A stretch of 42,616 bases of DNA, from the IMG/VR virus record IMGVR_UViG_3300045988_017468; one strand, 5' to 3'. Under the pieces are notes generated by a model. It worked only from the letters and a program-made list of their open reading frames with translations, did not search any database and was not told where the DNA came from. Both the position numbers and the translations under genes were made by a program. This document shows, in pieces, positions 1-6,550 of this stretch (position 1 is the stretch's first letter; each line of letters opens with the position of its first letter). Source of the stretch: a virus.

Positions 1-55
1 AGCAGTTCACACATTGCTGTGATCTCTGCGCTTGTCCACGGATTGTGCCCCTGCA
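1..55. repeat. Exact 55-bp terminal duplication, identical to 42562..42616
   Basis: Base-by-base comparison of the two window ends. A coding frame reads through the junction. Confidence 0.97.
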
Positions 56-191
56 TCCTGCCGCTCATAGTGTCCCGGCCAATGCCGATATACTTAGCGA
101 CTTCCTGATCGCGGTAGCCGCAGCTGTGGAACCGGCCCCGAAGTTTCCAGTACGGAATCTGCCGGAAGGTGCCCTGTATGACCTTCATCAT
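1..191 (-). CDS. DUF739-like HTH phage regulatory protein, 5' part (continues across the junction into 42561..42495)
   Basis: Absent from the ORF track because the window edge cuts it. ATGATG at 191..186 follows an AAAGAGG SD. Translation MMKVIQGTFRQIPYWKLRGRFHSCGYRDQEVAKYIGIGRDTMSGRMQGHNPWTSAEITAMCELL continues as LDIRQNEIGELFFPSLEKGESA* after the junction. The pattern recalls DUF739-type phage HTH proteins. Confidence 0.7.
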   Translation of the reverse strand, partial: MMKVIQGTFRQIPYWKLRGRFHSCGYRDQEVAKYIGIGRDTMSGRMQGHNPWTSAEITAMCEL

Positions 192-281
192 GCTTCGACC
201 TCTTTTCTTTGATGTGTGCCAGCCGCTCCGGCTGTCTTGCATCCCAGCGCTGTTCAAGCCAGCGCTTGTTGTAGTGCTTCT

Positions 282-1127
282 TCACGGCTTCCACTCCACA
301 AACTCGCCATTTTTGAGGGTATAGTAAACTTTTTCTCTGATGGCAGAACCATCCACGCGGGCCATTTTGGCACAGATCATGTGGCCGTCATCATCGTACT
401 CGGTCAGTACGATGTAGCAGCCCAGTGCGCCGCACGCCTTACCGCAAGCGCCGTTTACAACGGCGATGCTATCTTTTCCGTCTGCTTTTGCGCTGCAATA
501 AGCCCCAGTGGCGGCCGCCGTGCTGGAATCGCCGCTGGAACCCGCCGTGCTGCAATAGCCGCTGGAACCAGCCGTGCTGGAATAGCCGCTGGAACCCGCC
601 GTGCTGGAATCGCCGCTGGAACCAGCCGTGCTGCAATAGCCGCTGGAACCAGCCGTGCTGGAATAGCCGCTGGAACCAGCCGTGCTGCAATAGCCGCTGG
701 AACCAGCCGTGCTGCAATAGCCGCTGGAACCAGCCGTGCTGGAATTGCCGCTGGAACCCGCCGTGCTGGAATTGCCGCTGGAAAAAGGCTCTTTGCCCTT
801 CACCCGATTAAAAACGGCATTCACCGTAGCTTTTACCAGCCCTGCAAAATTCACCTCACCTTTCACCGTCAGCTCAGTGCAGGCCAGTTTACTGTCCTCT
901 TCGCTTTTATCCACGTTCCCGCCGCACTCGACCTCAAAAAAGCGCGGGCTATCATTCAACGGGTAGTAGTGCAGCACATCCAGAGGGTTCTCGCAGGCGT
1001 GCATACCAGCGCGGCAGCAGTCGGCCTTGTCCTCATGGTAGGTCTTGCCCACCTCATACTGCTTGCCACGGCACTGCATATTTTTGTCCATGGCCTTATA
1101 TGCGATAATCTTCTCACTCATGCTCAT
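282..1127 (-). CDS. DUF7666-like phage protein with a central 9-aa tandem-repeat (solenoid-like) region
   Basis: ORF track, 281 aa. The N-terminus YKAMDKNMQCRGKQYEVGKTYHED...CRAGMHACENPLDVLHYYP matches a family I recall in phages. It is followed by 10 SSG[YND][SC]STAG repeats and a conserved-looking C-terminus (IVLTEYDDDG...). The SD is AAGGAAGG; the true start may be the second ATG at 1121. Confidence 0.75.
   Translation of the reverse strand: MSMSEKIIAYKAMDKNMQCRGKQYEVGKTYHEDKADCCRAGMHACENPLDVLHYYPLNDSPRFFEVECGGNVDKSEEDSKLACTELTVKGEVNFAGLVKATVNAVFNRVKGKEPFSSGNSSTAGSSGNSSTAGSSGYCSTAGSSGYCSTAGSSGYSSTAGSSGYCSTAGSSGDSSTAGSSGYSSTAGSSGYCSTAGSSGDSSTAAATGAYCSAKADGKDSIAVVNGACGKACGALGCYIVLTEYDDDGHMICAKMARVDGSAIREKVYYTLKNGEFVEWKP
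513..782. repeat. 10 x 27-bp tandem repeat inside the CDS
   Basis: Unit gccgctggaaccNgccgtgctgNaatN. Copies differ almost only at the first base of two codons (Y/N/D and S/C). Confidence 0.95.
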
Positions 1128-1174
1128 AACCTTCCTTATTGGTGTGTTTCTTCTGTGCAGGCATGGTCAGCGCC

Positions 1175-1369
1175 TCACTTCTTGGAGCTGCCAAATGGGC
1201 CGCAATAGCTGCCAATGAGCAAGAGCGCGATCCACGCCGCCGTTCCGACGGCCCAGGTGAACGTCCAGTGCATCAATGCGCAGATGGCCCACACGGCGGC
1301 GCAGGTAACGCCCCACGAGATGCCCAGAAGGACGGCAAACGCGATGATGATCGATAGTACTTCACCCAT
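1175..1369 (-). CDS. Small membrane protein with two predicted TM helices
   Basis: ORF track, 64 aa, very hydrophobic. The ATG overlaps the upstream stop (ATGGGTGA). Confidence 0.6.
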   Translation of the reverse strand: MGEVLSIIIAFAVLLGISWGVTCAAVWAICALMHWTFTWAVGTAAWIALLLIGSYCGPFGSSKK

Positions 1370-1673
1370 TGCTCCGTGCCACCTTTGCGGCGCTCTCAGC
1401 TGCCTGTGCCGCTGAGTCCGCGCACCACTTGCCAGCCGGGGCGGTCTTGCGTGGGTCTGCCGGGGCTTCGTCCTCTTCCAGTAGCTGCTTCAAATCCTCC
1501 TGCATCCAGTGGTAAATGCTGGCCTTCTCCGAAGCGTTTTCCTCTTCTTTGGTAGGCATCTTGCCGAGCATAGTGCGAAATGCACCTCCAGCGACATTAA
1601 CCATAGCCTGCTGTTCCAACTCGTTGTACTTGCCGATGAGCTTGCAAATCTTATCTCGCATCGTAAATTTCAT
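1362..1673 (-). CDS. Hypothetical early protein
   Basis: ORF track frame with the start moved to Met13 (MKFTMRDK...), 2 nt after the antirepressor stop and behind an AAAGGGG SD. Confidence 0.55.
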   Translation of the reverse strand: MKFTMRDKICKLIGKYNELEQQAMVNVAGGAFRTMLGKMPTKEEENASEKASIYHWMQEDLKQLLEEDEAPADPRKTAPAGKWCADSAAQAAESAAKVARSNG

Positions 1674-1674
1674 G

Positions 1675-2475
1675 TTACGCACCCCTTTCAAACGTGGTCT
1701 GTTCCACATTCTCTTTGTGGTCGATGCTTGGCGTCAGGCCAATGGCCTTGAGCTGCTCATAAATGAACCGCTGGCCCGCTTCCGTCCAAACGGTGGTGTT
1801 TGGCGTGGTGATCTTGCCACTGTTGTGCTCAAACGGACGGCCTTTGCGGTTTTTGGTGTAACCTTTTCCGCTATACTTTGCGTATAATACCCACTGCCCG
1901 TCGCTGTTCTTCCACTGGATTTTCAGCCCGTGCAGGATGCTGTTCAGCTTCTCGCCGCTCATGCCGTAATCCTTTGCAATGCTGGTAGCCGTCCGGCAGT
2001 TATCGCCAATGCAAACGGCCCTGGCATACTCTGCATCTGGCTTCAGGTCTCTGTTCTCAGCCAAAAGCTGTTTGTTTACGGCCTTGAGCTGGTCATTCTG
2101 CCTCTGGGCGATAAGCACCGCACGGCGCATGACCGCCTCCGGGCTGTTCCACTGGGCTTCAATGGCCAGAAAATATTGCCGTGCCTGCTTGCCACGCTCG
2201 TTGCGCTGGATCATGCACAGCTCTTTGGCCATTGGGATGGTGAGTTGGTGATCGTCAATCGTGCGTTCCACCTCTCGGTTGCCTTCCGACTGAACTCGTA
2301 CATTTTTGTACGGGTTGAAATCTTCACCCTCGATAAATCCATATTCGACCATGCGCGGGAACCAAATGCGATAAGGTGTGTTGACTTCTAAGAAGTCGTG
2401 CAGCTCCCGGCCGCTCACCGTGGGGCGCTCCGGGTTATCGTAGCTAATGGGGATGAGATTGTTTAATTCGCTCAT
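1675..2475 (-). CDS. Phage antirepressor (AntA/AntB-like N-terminal domain plus KilAC-like C-terminal domain)
   Basis: Start moved to Met64 (MSELNNLIPISYD...) with an AAGGAGG SD. Motifs TVSGRELHDFLEVNTPYRIWFPRMVEYGFIEGEDF and AKDYGMSGEKLNSILHGLKIQW are typical of this family. Confidence 0.85.
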   Translation of the reverse strand: MSELNNLIPISYDNPERPTVSGRELHDFLEVNTPYRIWFPRMVEYGFIEGEDFNPYKNVRVQSEGNREVERTIDDHQLTIPMAKELCMIQRNERGKQARQYFLAIEAQWNSPEAVMRRAVLIAQRQNDQLKAVNKQLLAENRDLKPDAEYARAVCIGDNCRTATSIAKDYGMSGEKLNSILHGLKIQWKNSDGQWVLYAKYSGKGYTKNRKGRPFEHNSGKITTPNTTVWTEAGQRFIYEQLKAIGLTPSIDHKENVEQTTFERGA

Positions 2476-2675
2476 GCCGTTTTGTCCTCCTTTTCCTTGA
2501 TGATCTCGCTGACGGCAGCTTCCATCTTTTCCCGAATGCCGGGAGGGTTGCGCTTGCTGTTCAAAATCAGTGAACAGTAGCTTCTCGAAAATCCAAGATG
2601 CTTTGCTACGTCGTCTACTGTAATCTGGTTGTTGTGCATCCGGCCCACTAAACGGCCTGTCCATTTTTCAGGCAC
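2472..2675 (-). CDS. Cro-like small HTH regulator, first gene of the early minus-strand operon
   Basis: GTG start 7 nt after GAAGGAGG. HTH segment ITVDDVAKHLGFSRSYCSLILNSKR. Stop overlaps the antirepressor start (ATGA). Confidence 0.6.
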   Translation of the reverse strand: MPEKWTGRLVGRMHNNQITVDDVAKHLGFSRSYCSLILNSKRNPPGIREKMEAAVSEIIKEKEDKTA

Positions 2676-2711
2676 TTTCACACCTCCTTCAAAATGTAAG
2701 TTGAAACAAAA

Positions 2712-2740
2712 TTGACAACGGCGCACCGATTTGCTATACT
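2712..2740 (+). promoter_or_regulatory. Sigma70-type promoter TTGACA-17-TATACT firing rightward, away from the cro start
   Basis: Hexamers at 2712..2717 and 2735..2740 with an exact 17-bp spacer. Confidence 0.6.
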
Positions 2741-2747
2741 GTTCAAG

Positions 2748-3053
2748 GCTCCTAGTTAAACTGATTCAAAAGGAAGGTGATTTCATTGACCCAACTTTTG
2801 AGCCAGCCAGTTCCAGACACGAGCAAGTGCGTGAAGCGCTAGGGCTTACAAGGCGGTGCCGACCCGCCAAAGGAAGCGGCGTACCCATAGCCCTGCAAGT
2901 TGTTTTTGCAGCCCGGGCGTTACTTTTGCGCCGCGCATGGCGCAAAAGACGTGCAAACGCGCATGTTTGCATTACCGCCGGGGTGCAAGTGCGTTCTGGT
3001 GACAAATCGGTGAAAAGTCTGTCTGTGAAACAACCGCAGGCAGATTTTTTCTT
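2748..3053 (+). ncRNA. Candidate structured RNA of about 300 nt, antisense to the leader of the cro transcript
   Basis: Bounded by the 2712 promoter and the 3019..3053 terminator. No credible ORF. Perfect hairpins at 2852-2868, 2893-2911, 2923-2948 and 2952-2971; the last two share the loop GCGCAT. Confidence 0.35.
3019..3053 (+). terminator. Intrinsic terminator
   Basis: 7-bp stem CTGTCTG/CAGGCAG (one G-U pair), 11-nt loop, then ATTTTTTCTT. Confidence 0.6.
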
Positions 3054-3073
3054 ATCGCCGTGTCAAATACCAG

Positions 3074-3102
3074 TTGAAAAAGTTTACAAAGTGTGTTACT
3101 AT
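3074..3102 (+). promoter_or_regulatory. Promoter TTGAAA-17-TACTAT with an extended -10 (TGt), candidate repressor-gene promoter
   Basis: Hexamers at 3074..3079 and 3097..3102; TG at 3094..3095. Confidence 0.55.
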
Positions 3103-3103
3103 G

Positions 3104-3115
3104 TAGTTGCAGACA
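3104..3115. promoter_or_regulatory. Candidate operator half TAGTTGNNNACA, repeated at 3208..3219
   Basis: TAGTTGCAGACA lies just downstream of the 3097 -10 box. TAGTTGTCAACA overlaps the -35 of the minus promoter. Only two copies exist. Confidence 0.25.
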
Positions 3116-3188
3116 CATAGTAAAAAAGCTTAGGCGGTACGACCCGCTGGGGCTTTGTGTTTTGTTAACTATTTCAACTGACAAGAGC

Positions 3189-3217
3189 ATTATACAGCTA
3201 GCAGAGTTAGTTGTCAA
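3189..3217 (-). promoter_or_regulatory. Consensus promoter TTGACA-17-TATAAT firing leftward toward cro (candidate early lytic promoter)
   Basis: Reverse complement of 3212..3217 is TTGACA and of 3189..3194 is TATAAT, with an exact 17-bp spacer. Confidence 0.65.
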
Positions 3218-3274
3218 CATTTTGTACTAACTTTACTAACTTTTGTATGGATGCACGAAAAAGGAGCTGCTTTT

Positions 3275-3625
3275 ATGAGCACTTTTTACGACAACTATAT
3301 AAAGCTGTGTGCTGTTCACGACAAATCCCCAACTGCGGTATCAAAAGAAATTGGCCTTTCTAACGCAGCTGCCAGTGGCTGGAAAAACGGCAAAAAGCCT
3401 TCTGCGGTTACAAAGCAAAAGCTTGCCGACTACTTTGGTGTCACGGTCGAAGAGTTGACCGGCGAAGAGCAAAAAGAAAAGCCCAACGCCTTAGATGGCA
3501 TTGAGCTTGAAAAATTGTCACCAGCCCGCCGTGCGCTGCTGGAAGCGCTGGAGGGCATGGATGACGAAAACATTATGAAAATTGTTCGGATTGCTCAGGC
3601 AGTTAAAAAGGAGCTTCCAGAGTGA
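3275..3625 (+). CDS. XRE/CI-like HTH repressor without a peptidase domain
   Basis: Start moved to Met9 (MSTFYDNYIKLC...) 8 nt after AAGGAG. HTH segment PTAVSKEIGLSNAAASGWKNGKKP. Divergent from the cro-like gene. Confidence 0.8.
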   Translation: MSTFYDNYIKLCAVHDKSPTAVSKEIGLSNAAASGWKNGKKPSAVTKQKLADYFGVTVEELTGEEQKEKPNALDGIELEKLSPARRALLEALEGMDDENIMKIVRIAQAVKKELPE

Positions 3626-3942
3626 GTATACATCTTAATAGAAAAGAGCTCAAACTTCTGAAAGCCCTTGATCAGGAATATCCCGGTGGTGTTGAACGGA
3701 CAAAAGAATTGTTTCAAGACGCTACGGCGCTTGAAGAGCTTGGCTTTGCAGATTCCGCATCGGTGAGCTATCGCAAGTCTGCGGTTTGGATCACGGAAAG
3801 CGGCAGGCAGTATTTGCGAGATAGAAAAGCAAACAGGTTCTCGCTCCCGACGAAAGTGGTCGGCGGGATTGTCACCTTGATTTTGATTCCGGTTCTGGTG
3901 AATCTGATTTCAGATTATGTATTACCAATACTTTTCAAATAA
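3622..3942 (+). CDS. C-terminally membrane-anchored protein co-transcribed with the repressor
   Basis: GTG start overlaps the repressor stop (GTGA). C-terminal TM helix VVGGIVTLILIPVLVNLISDYVLPILF. Confidence 0.6.
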   Translation: MSIHLNRKELKLLKALDQEYPGGVERTKELFQDATALEELGFADSASVSYRKSAVWITESGRQYLRDRKANRFSLPTKVVGGIVTLILIPVLVNLISDYVLPILFK

Positions 3943-4077
3943 GAACCACTCAATCGTCCAGACAAAGCGGTAAAAGATGTCCTCAACGAAAAAGCGGCAG
4001 ATTCGATGCTGTTTTTTGGGCTTGTACCAGTTTCCGTTCTCGTCCTGCTTCAAAATGTTCAGTTTACAAAAGAGCAT
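3922..4077 (-). CDS. Small aromatic-rich ORF (51 aa), second gene of a two-ORF cassette
   Basis: ATG 4 nt after GGAGG, translation MLFCKLNILKQDENGNWYKPKKQHRICRFFVEDIFYRFVWTIEWFLFEKYW. Lies in an AT-richer stretch. Its 3' end overlaps the 3622..3942 gene tail-to-tail by 21 nt. Confidence 0.35.
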   Translation of the reverse strand: MLFCKLNILKQDENGNWYKPKKQHRICRFFVEDIFYRFVWTIEWFLFEKYW

Positions 4078-4216
4078 AAAACCTCCGAATGACTTCTTGA
4101 AGCTGGTTTTCGGATAACGAAAGAATCTCACTGATGGCAAGACGCACAAGCTTGTCGTGCGATTCTTTTTCTTCCATTGTATCACATTTTGCAAACATTG
4201 TGCTGGTTTCTTGCAC
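4064..4216 (-). CDS. Small helical ORF (50 aa), first gene of the two-ORF cassette
   Basis: Not in the ORF track (under 60 aa). GTG 8 nt after AAGGAGG, translation MQETSTMFAKCDTMEEKESHDKLVRLAISEILSLSENQLQEVIRRFYALL. Its stop lies 4 codons past the next ATG. Confidence 0.4.
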   Translation of the reverse strand: MQETSTMFAKCDTMEEKESHDKLVRLAISEILSLSENQLQEVIRRFYALL

Positions 4217-4305
4217 TTTATTTTCCTCCTTTGGCATTTTCCTTGATAACTTAGTTTTTCGGCAGCTGGTTGGCTGCCTATTTTTGTATATGTGAGGTGC
4301 TTATT

Positions 4306-5025
4306 ATGGCAAATATCTGTCCTGTCTGCGGCGGCAAGCTGGGCCTGCTGAACCGAGAGAAGAGTGCGGACGGCCTGATCTGTGCCGGGTGCAGTAACTT
4401 TTTCTTTTCAAAATTGGGAATCCGGGCAGCAAAGCAACCGACAGCTGCACTTGCGGAATACTGGATTACGCTGGAAAACCGCCGAAAGACGTTCAAAGAA
4501 ACCGATTCCATCTATGATGGTGACGCGCTCTTTGTGTCCATTGACAAAACCAACCGGCTGTTTTGTTTTGGGCACCGCGGCGGTGATAAAGGCCCTCGCA
4601 TGATCTACAGCTTTGATGAAGTCGCCGGTTATGAATCTGACGCGCCTGACGATTTGACGGTGACGGAGACTAAAGGTGGCATTGGCCGTGCCGTGATCGG
4701 TGCAGCTGTCGCCGGTCCTGTGGGTGCGATCGTGGGAGCTGCTACCGCCAAAACAGAGACCCGCAAAGGCAACCGCAGCAAAGAAAACGTTTCCATCCGT
4801 TTTACGCTCCCTCTTGGAGAAACCAGTCTGCCGACAACGGTTTATCCCGGCGGCATGACCGCCTTTCTCAAGAGATGCAAAGTCAGCCAGGAGAAGCCAC
4901 AGGCTGCCACTCCGGCGGCATCCAGCGTCGCCGATGAACTTTTGAAGTTTAAGCGGTTGCTGGATATGGGCGCCATCACGGAATCGGAGTACAACGCAAA
5001 GAAAGCTCAGTTGCTTGGCCTGTGA
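4306..5025 (+). CDS. Zinc-ribbon (DUF4428-like) / glycine-zipper / SHOCT-domain protein
   Basis: Start at Met13 (MANICPVCGG...). CxxC...CxxC motif, hydrophobic segment GIGRAVIGAAVAGPVGAIVGAATA, and C-terminal ELLKFKRLLDMGAITESEYNAKKAQLL, which is SHOCT-like. Confidence 0.7.
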   Translation: MANICPVCGGKLGLLNREKSADGLICAGCSNFFFSKLGIRAAKQPTAALAEYWITLENRRKTFKETDSIYDGDALFVSIDKTNRLFCFGHRGGDKGPRMIYSFDEVAGYESDAPDDLTVTETKGGIGRAVIGAAVAGPVGAIVGAATAKTETRKGNRSKENVSIRFTLPLGETSLPTTVYPGGMTAFLKRCKVSQEKPQAATPAASSVADELLKFKRLLDMGAITESEYNAKKAQLLGL

Positions 5026-5071
5026 ACTTGTTCACAACTGCATTATACAGCTATCTGTTGTAATGCGTCAG

Positions 5072-5172
5072 GCGCAAAAAAGTGCGCAAAAATACTGCAT
5101 TTTCGCTATAACGTTTGTTTTGCGCTGACTTTTGCGCGAAATACGCGCGTTTTACGCTGAATACGCGCAAAA
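5072..5172. repeat. Cluster of the 8-mer GCGCAAAA / TTTTGCGC
   Basis: GCGCAAAA at 5072, 5084 and 5165. TTTTGCGC at 5118 and 5130. Both pairs are spaced 12 bp. The same 8-mer forms the arms of the 2923..2948 hairpin. Confidence 0.7.
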
Positions 5173-5183
5173 TATGCGCGTTG

Positions 5184-5396
5184 TTATTCGCGGTTGCAAG
5201 GCTGTTGCAAATTTTGCAACAGGTCAGCGGCTACAGCCCCGCCGGGCTCACCGGCGGCAGCGTGCAGCTTGTCAAGAGCGGCGATCTTGTGGGCCGCGTA
5301 CATCATCGCAAGGGCTTGCTGATCTGGCGTCATGCTCACATAGCAGGCCAGAGCGGCGCGGATATAGGTGCTGAAGTGCTTCATCTTGTCTTTCAT
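5184..5396 (-). CDS. Hypothetical helical protein (70 aa)
   Basis: ORF track; GGGAGGA SD 7 nt upstream of the ATG. Confidence 0.45.
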   Translation of the reverse strand: MKDKMKHFSTYIRAALACYVSMTPDQQALAMMYAAHKIAALDKLHAAAGEPGGAVAADLLQNLQQPCNRE

Positions 5397-5399
5397 GGC

Positions 5400-5510
5400 T
5401 CATTCCTCCCAGGGTGCAGGGGTGCGGTCGGTGCCAGTCAGGATACTGGCGGGCATTCCATCGATGATGGTCATTTCGGTTTCTTTACCGTTTCTTTGCT
5501 CAAAATCCAT
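5400..5510 (-). CDS. Small ORF (36 aa) upstream of 5184..5396
   Basis: Not in the ORF track. ATG 8 nt after AAGGAG, translation MDFEQRNGKETEMTIIDGMPASILTGTDRTPAPWEE. The stop lies 3 nt before the next ATG. Confidence 0.4.
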   Translation of the reverse strand: MDFEQRNGKETEMTIIDGMPASILTGTDRTPAPWEE

Positions 5511-5556
5511 TTTGCTTTCTCCTTTCTTTTGTGCACATCTACGATTTATAAACCAA

Positions 5557-5585
5557 ATTCTACCATGCGCCGTTGGAAAATAAAA
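5557..5585 (-). promoter_or_regulatory. Candidate extended -10 promoter (TGgTAGAAT) for the 5510->5184 operon
   Basis: Reverse complement of 5557..5565 is TGGTAGAAT. The -35 (TTTTAT) is poor. Confidence 0.35.
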
Positions 5586-5603
5586 TACGGATAAAATTTG
5601 TCG

Positions 5604-5636
5604 AATGGCGCAGATTTTTTCTGCGCCATTTTTTGT
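5604..5636 (+). terminator. Strong intrinsic terminator
   Basis: Perfect 10-bp stem AATGGCGCAG/CTGCGCCATT, 7-nt loop, then a T-run. Confidence 0.75.
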
Positions 5637-5668
5637 TAAAAATACGCCGATATTATGGGGGTGAAAGT

Positions 5669-6256
5669 ATGAGTTATTTTACGGCAAGCCAAATCGGAAA
5701 AGCGCTTGCAAAAGCACGGGTGTCTGCCCGTCTGAGTCAAGCGGAGATCGCAAGGCGCATCGAAAAAGGAGAGCGCACCGTGCAGAGCTGGGAAAAAGGA
5801 TGTACCAGCCCGGACAGTGACGAGATCATGGATTGGTGCACGGCGTGTGGCGTGTCTCCCATATCTGTGTTCATGGAGATGACCCACCCGGATCTGTACA
5901 AAGTGCCGGATGACGGCAAGGCCGACGATGAGCTAAACGCGGAGTTGCGCCGTCTCGTGGTAAATCTGCCGCCGCTGACGAAAAGGCTACTCCTCTTCAT
6001 ACTGAAAGGCAGTCACGGCAGCAGCCCGCCTGCTGTCATATCGGAGATAGCTGCAAACTTGCACTGCCCGCTCAACAACAGGACAAGCGTGTGCGGGACC
6101 ATCATAGACCAGTATACCTATGCGCAGATCGCGGGCCTTGACCCATGCCCGGACGCTCCGCAGCCTCCCATTGACGACCTGAAGATCAACTACAAGGCCG
6201 GAAGAGCCGCTGCTGAAAATGGCGCATTCGGATATATCGGGCAGAAAAATGAGTAA
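5669..6256 (+). CDS. XRE-family HTH protein with a C-terminal domain of about 130 aa and unknown function
   Basis: Start at Met33 (MSYFTASQIG...) behind GGGGGTGA. HTH segment LSQAEIARRIEKGERTVQSWEKG. Lies directly upstream of the integrase gene. Confidence 0.7.
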   Translation: MSYFTASQIGKALAKARVSARLSQAEIARRIEKGERTVQSWEKGCTSPDSDEIMDWCTACGVSPISVFMEMTHPDLYKVPDDGKADDELNAELRRLVVNLPPLTKRLLLFILKGSHGSSPPAVISEIAANLHCPLNNRTSVCGTIIDQYTYAQIAGLDPCPDAPQPPIDDLKINYKAGRAAAENGAFGYIGQKNE

Positions 6257-6259
6257 GCC

Positions 6260-6550
6260 ATGAAATGCGTGAGACCATGCTGCAGGAAAGAGATCCCGGA
6301 TGGTGCTTCTTTTTGTCCGTGGTGCGGGAAGAAACAGCCGGAAGCCGCCCCGCAGCAAAGAAAAAAGCGCCGCCGCCCAAAGGGCAGCGGCACAGTGTAC
6401 CCTTGTGTATGGAGGTGTGGATTTTATGAAAAAACGGGTCAACACGGCATTTTGGGTGGAAAAGGAAAAGCGCTGGTGCATCGCGGTTCAGAAGAACGGC
6501 ACCCGCAAGCGGTTTTACAGCAGCACGCCGGGCCGCACCGGCCAGCGTGA
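6260..6550 (+). CDS. Zinc-ribbon ORF overlapping the integrase start; possibly a remnant or recoded N-terminus
   Basis: MKCVRPCCRKEIPDGASFCPWCGKK...RRRPKGSGTVY. The part beyond residue ~47 looks non-protein-like and overlaps the int frame. No SD. Confidence 0.25.
   Translation: MKCVRPCCRKEIPDGASFCPWCGKKQPEAAPQQRKKRRRPKGSGTVYPCVWRCGFYEKTGQHGILGGKGKALVHRGSEERHPQAVLQQHAGPHRPA

Noticed and set aside
94-294. 66-aa minus-strand ORF at the window start
   Set aside because: It is an alternative frame of the DUF739-like HTH gene, whose own frame has an SD and a recognisable HTH and continues across the junction. The 66-aa product is Arg/Pro-rich and not protein-like.
513-782. Diversity-generating retroelement acting on the tandem repeat or on the fibre gene
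   Set aside because: No reverse transcriptase gene or template repeat is present in the genome. The variation is not adenine-specific.
216-1208. 330-aa plus-strand ORF, plus nested ORFs 425..811, 469..717 and 736..966, with striking AGT/AAIAAGTSR repeats
   Set aside because: These are antisense or alternative-frame readings of the 27-bp tandem repeat inside the well-supported minus-strand gene 282..1127. They have no SD and a repeat-driven composition.
2731-3120. 129-aa plus-strand ORF, and minus ORFs 2766..3005 and 2972..3220, in the switch region
   Set aside because: They are Arg/Cys-rich nonsense-like translations with no SD. They span promoters, perfect hairpins and a terminator. I treat the region as non-coding regulatory DNA or RNA.
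4261-4286. Hairpin GGCAGC-N6-GCTGCC followed by TATTTTT, as a plus-strand terminator just before the 4306 gene
   Set aside because: It would block the only obvious route of transcription into the downstream gene, and the stem is only 6 bp. It could be an attenuator, but the evidence is too weak to list it as a feature.
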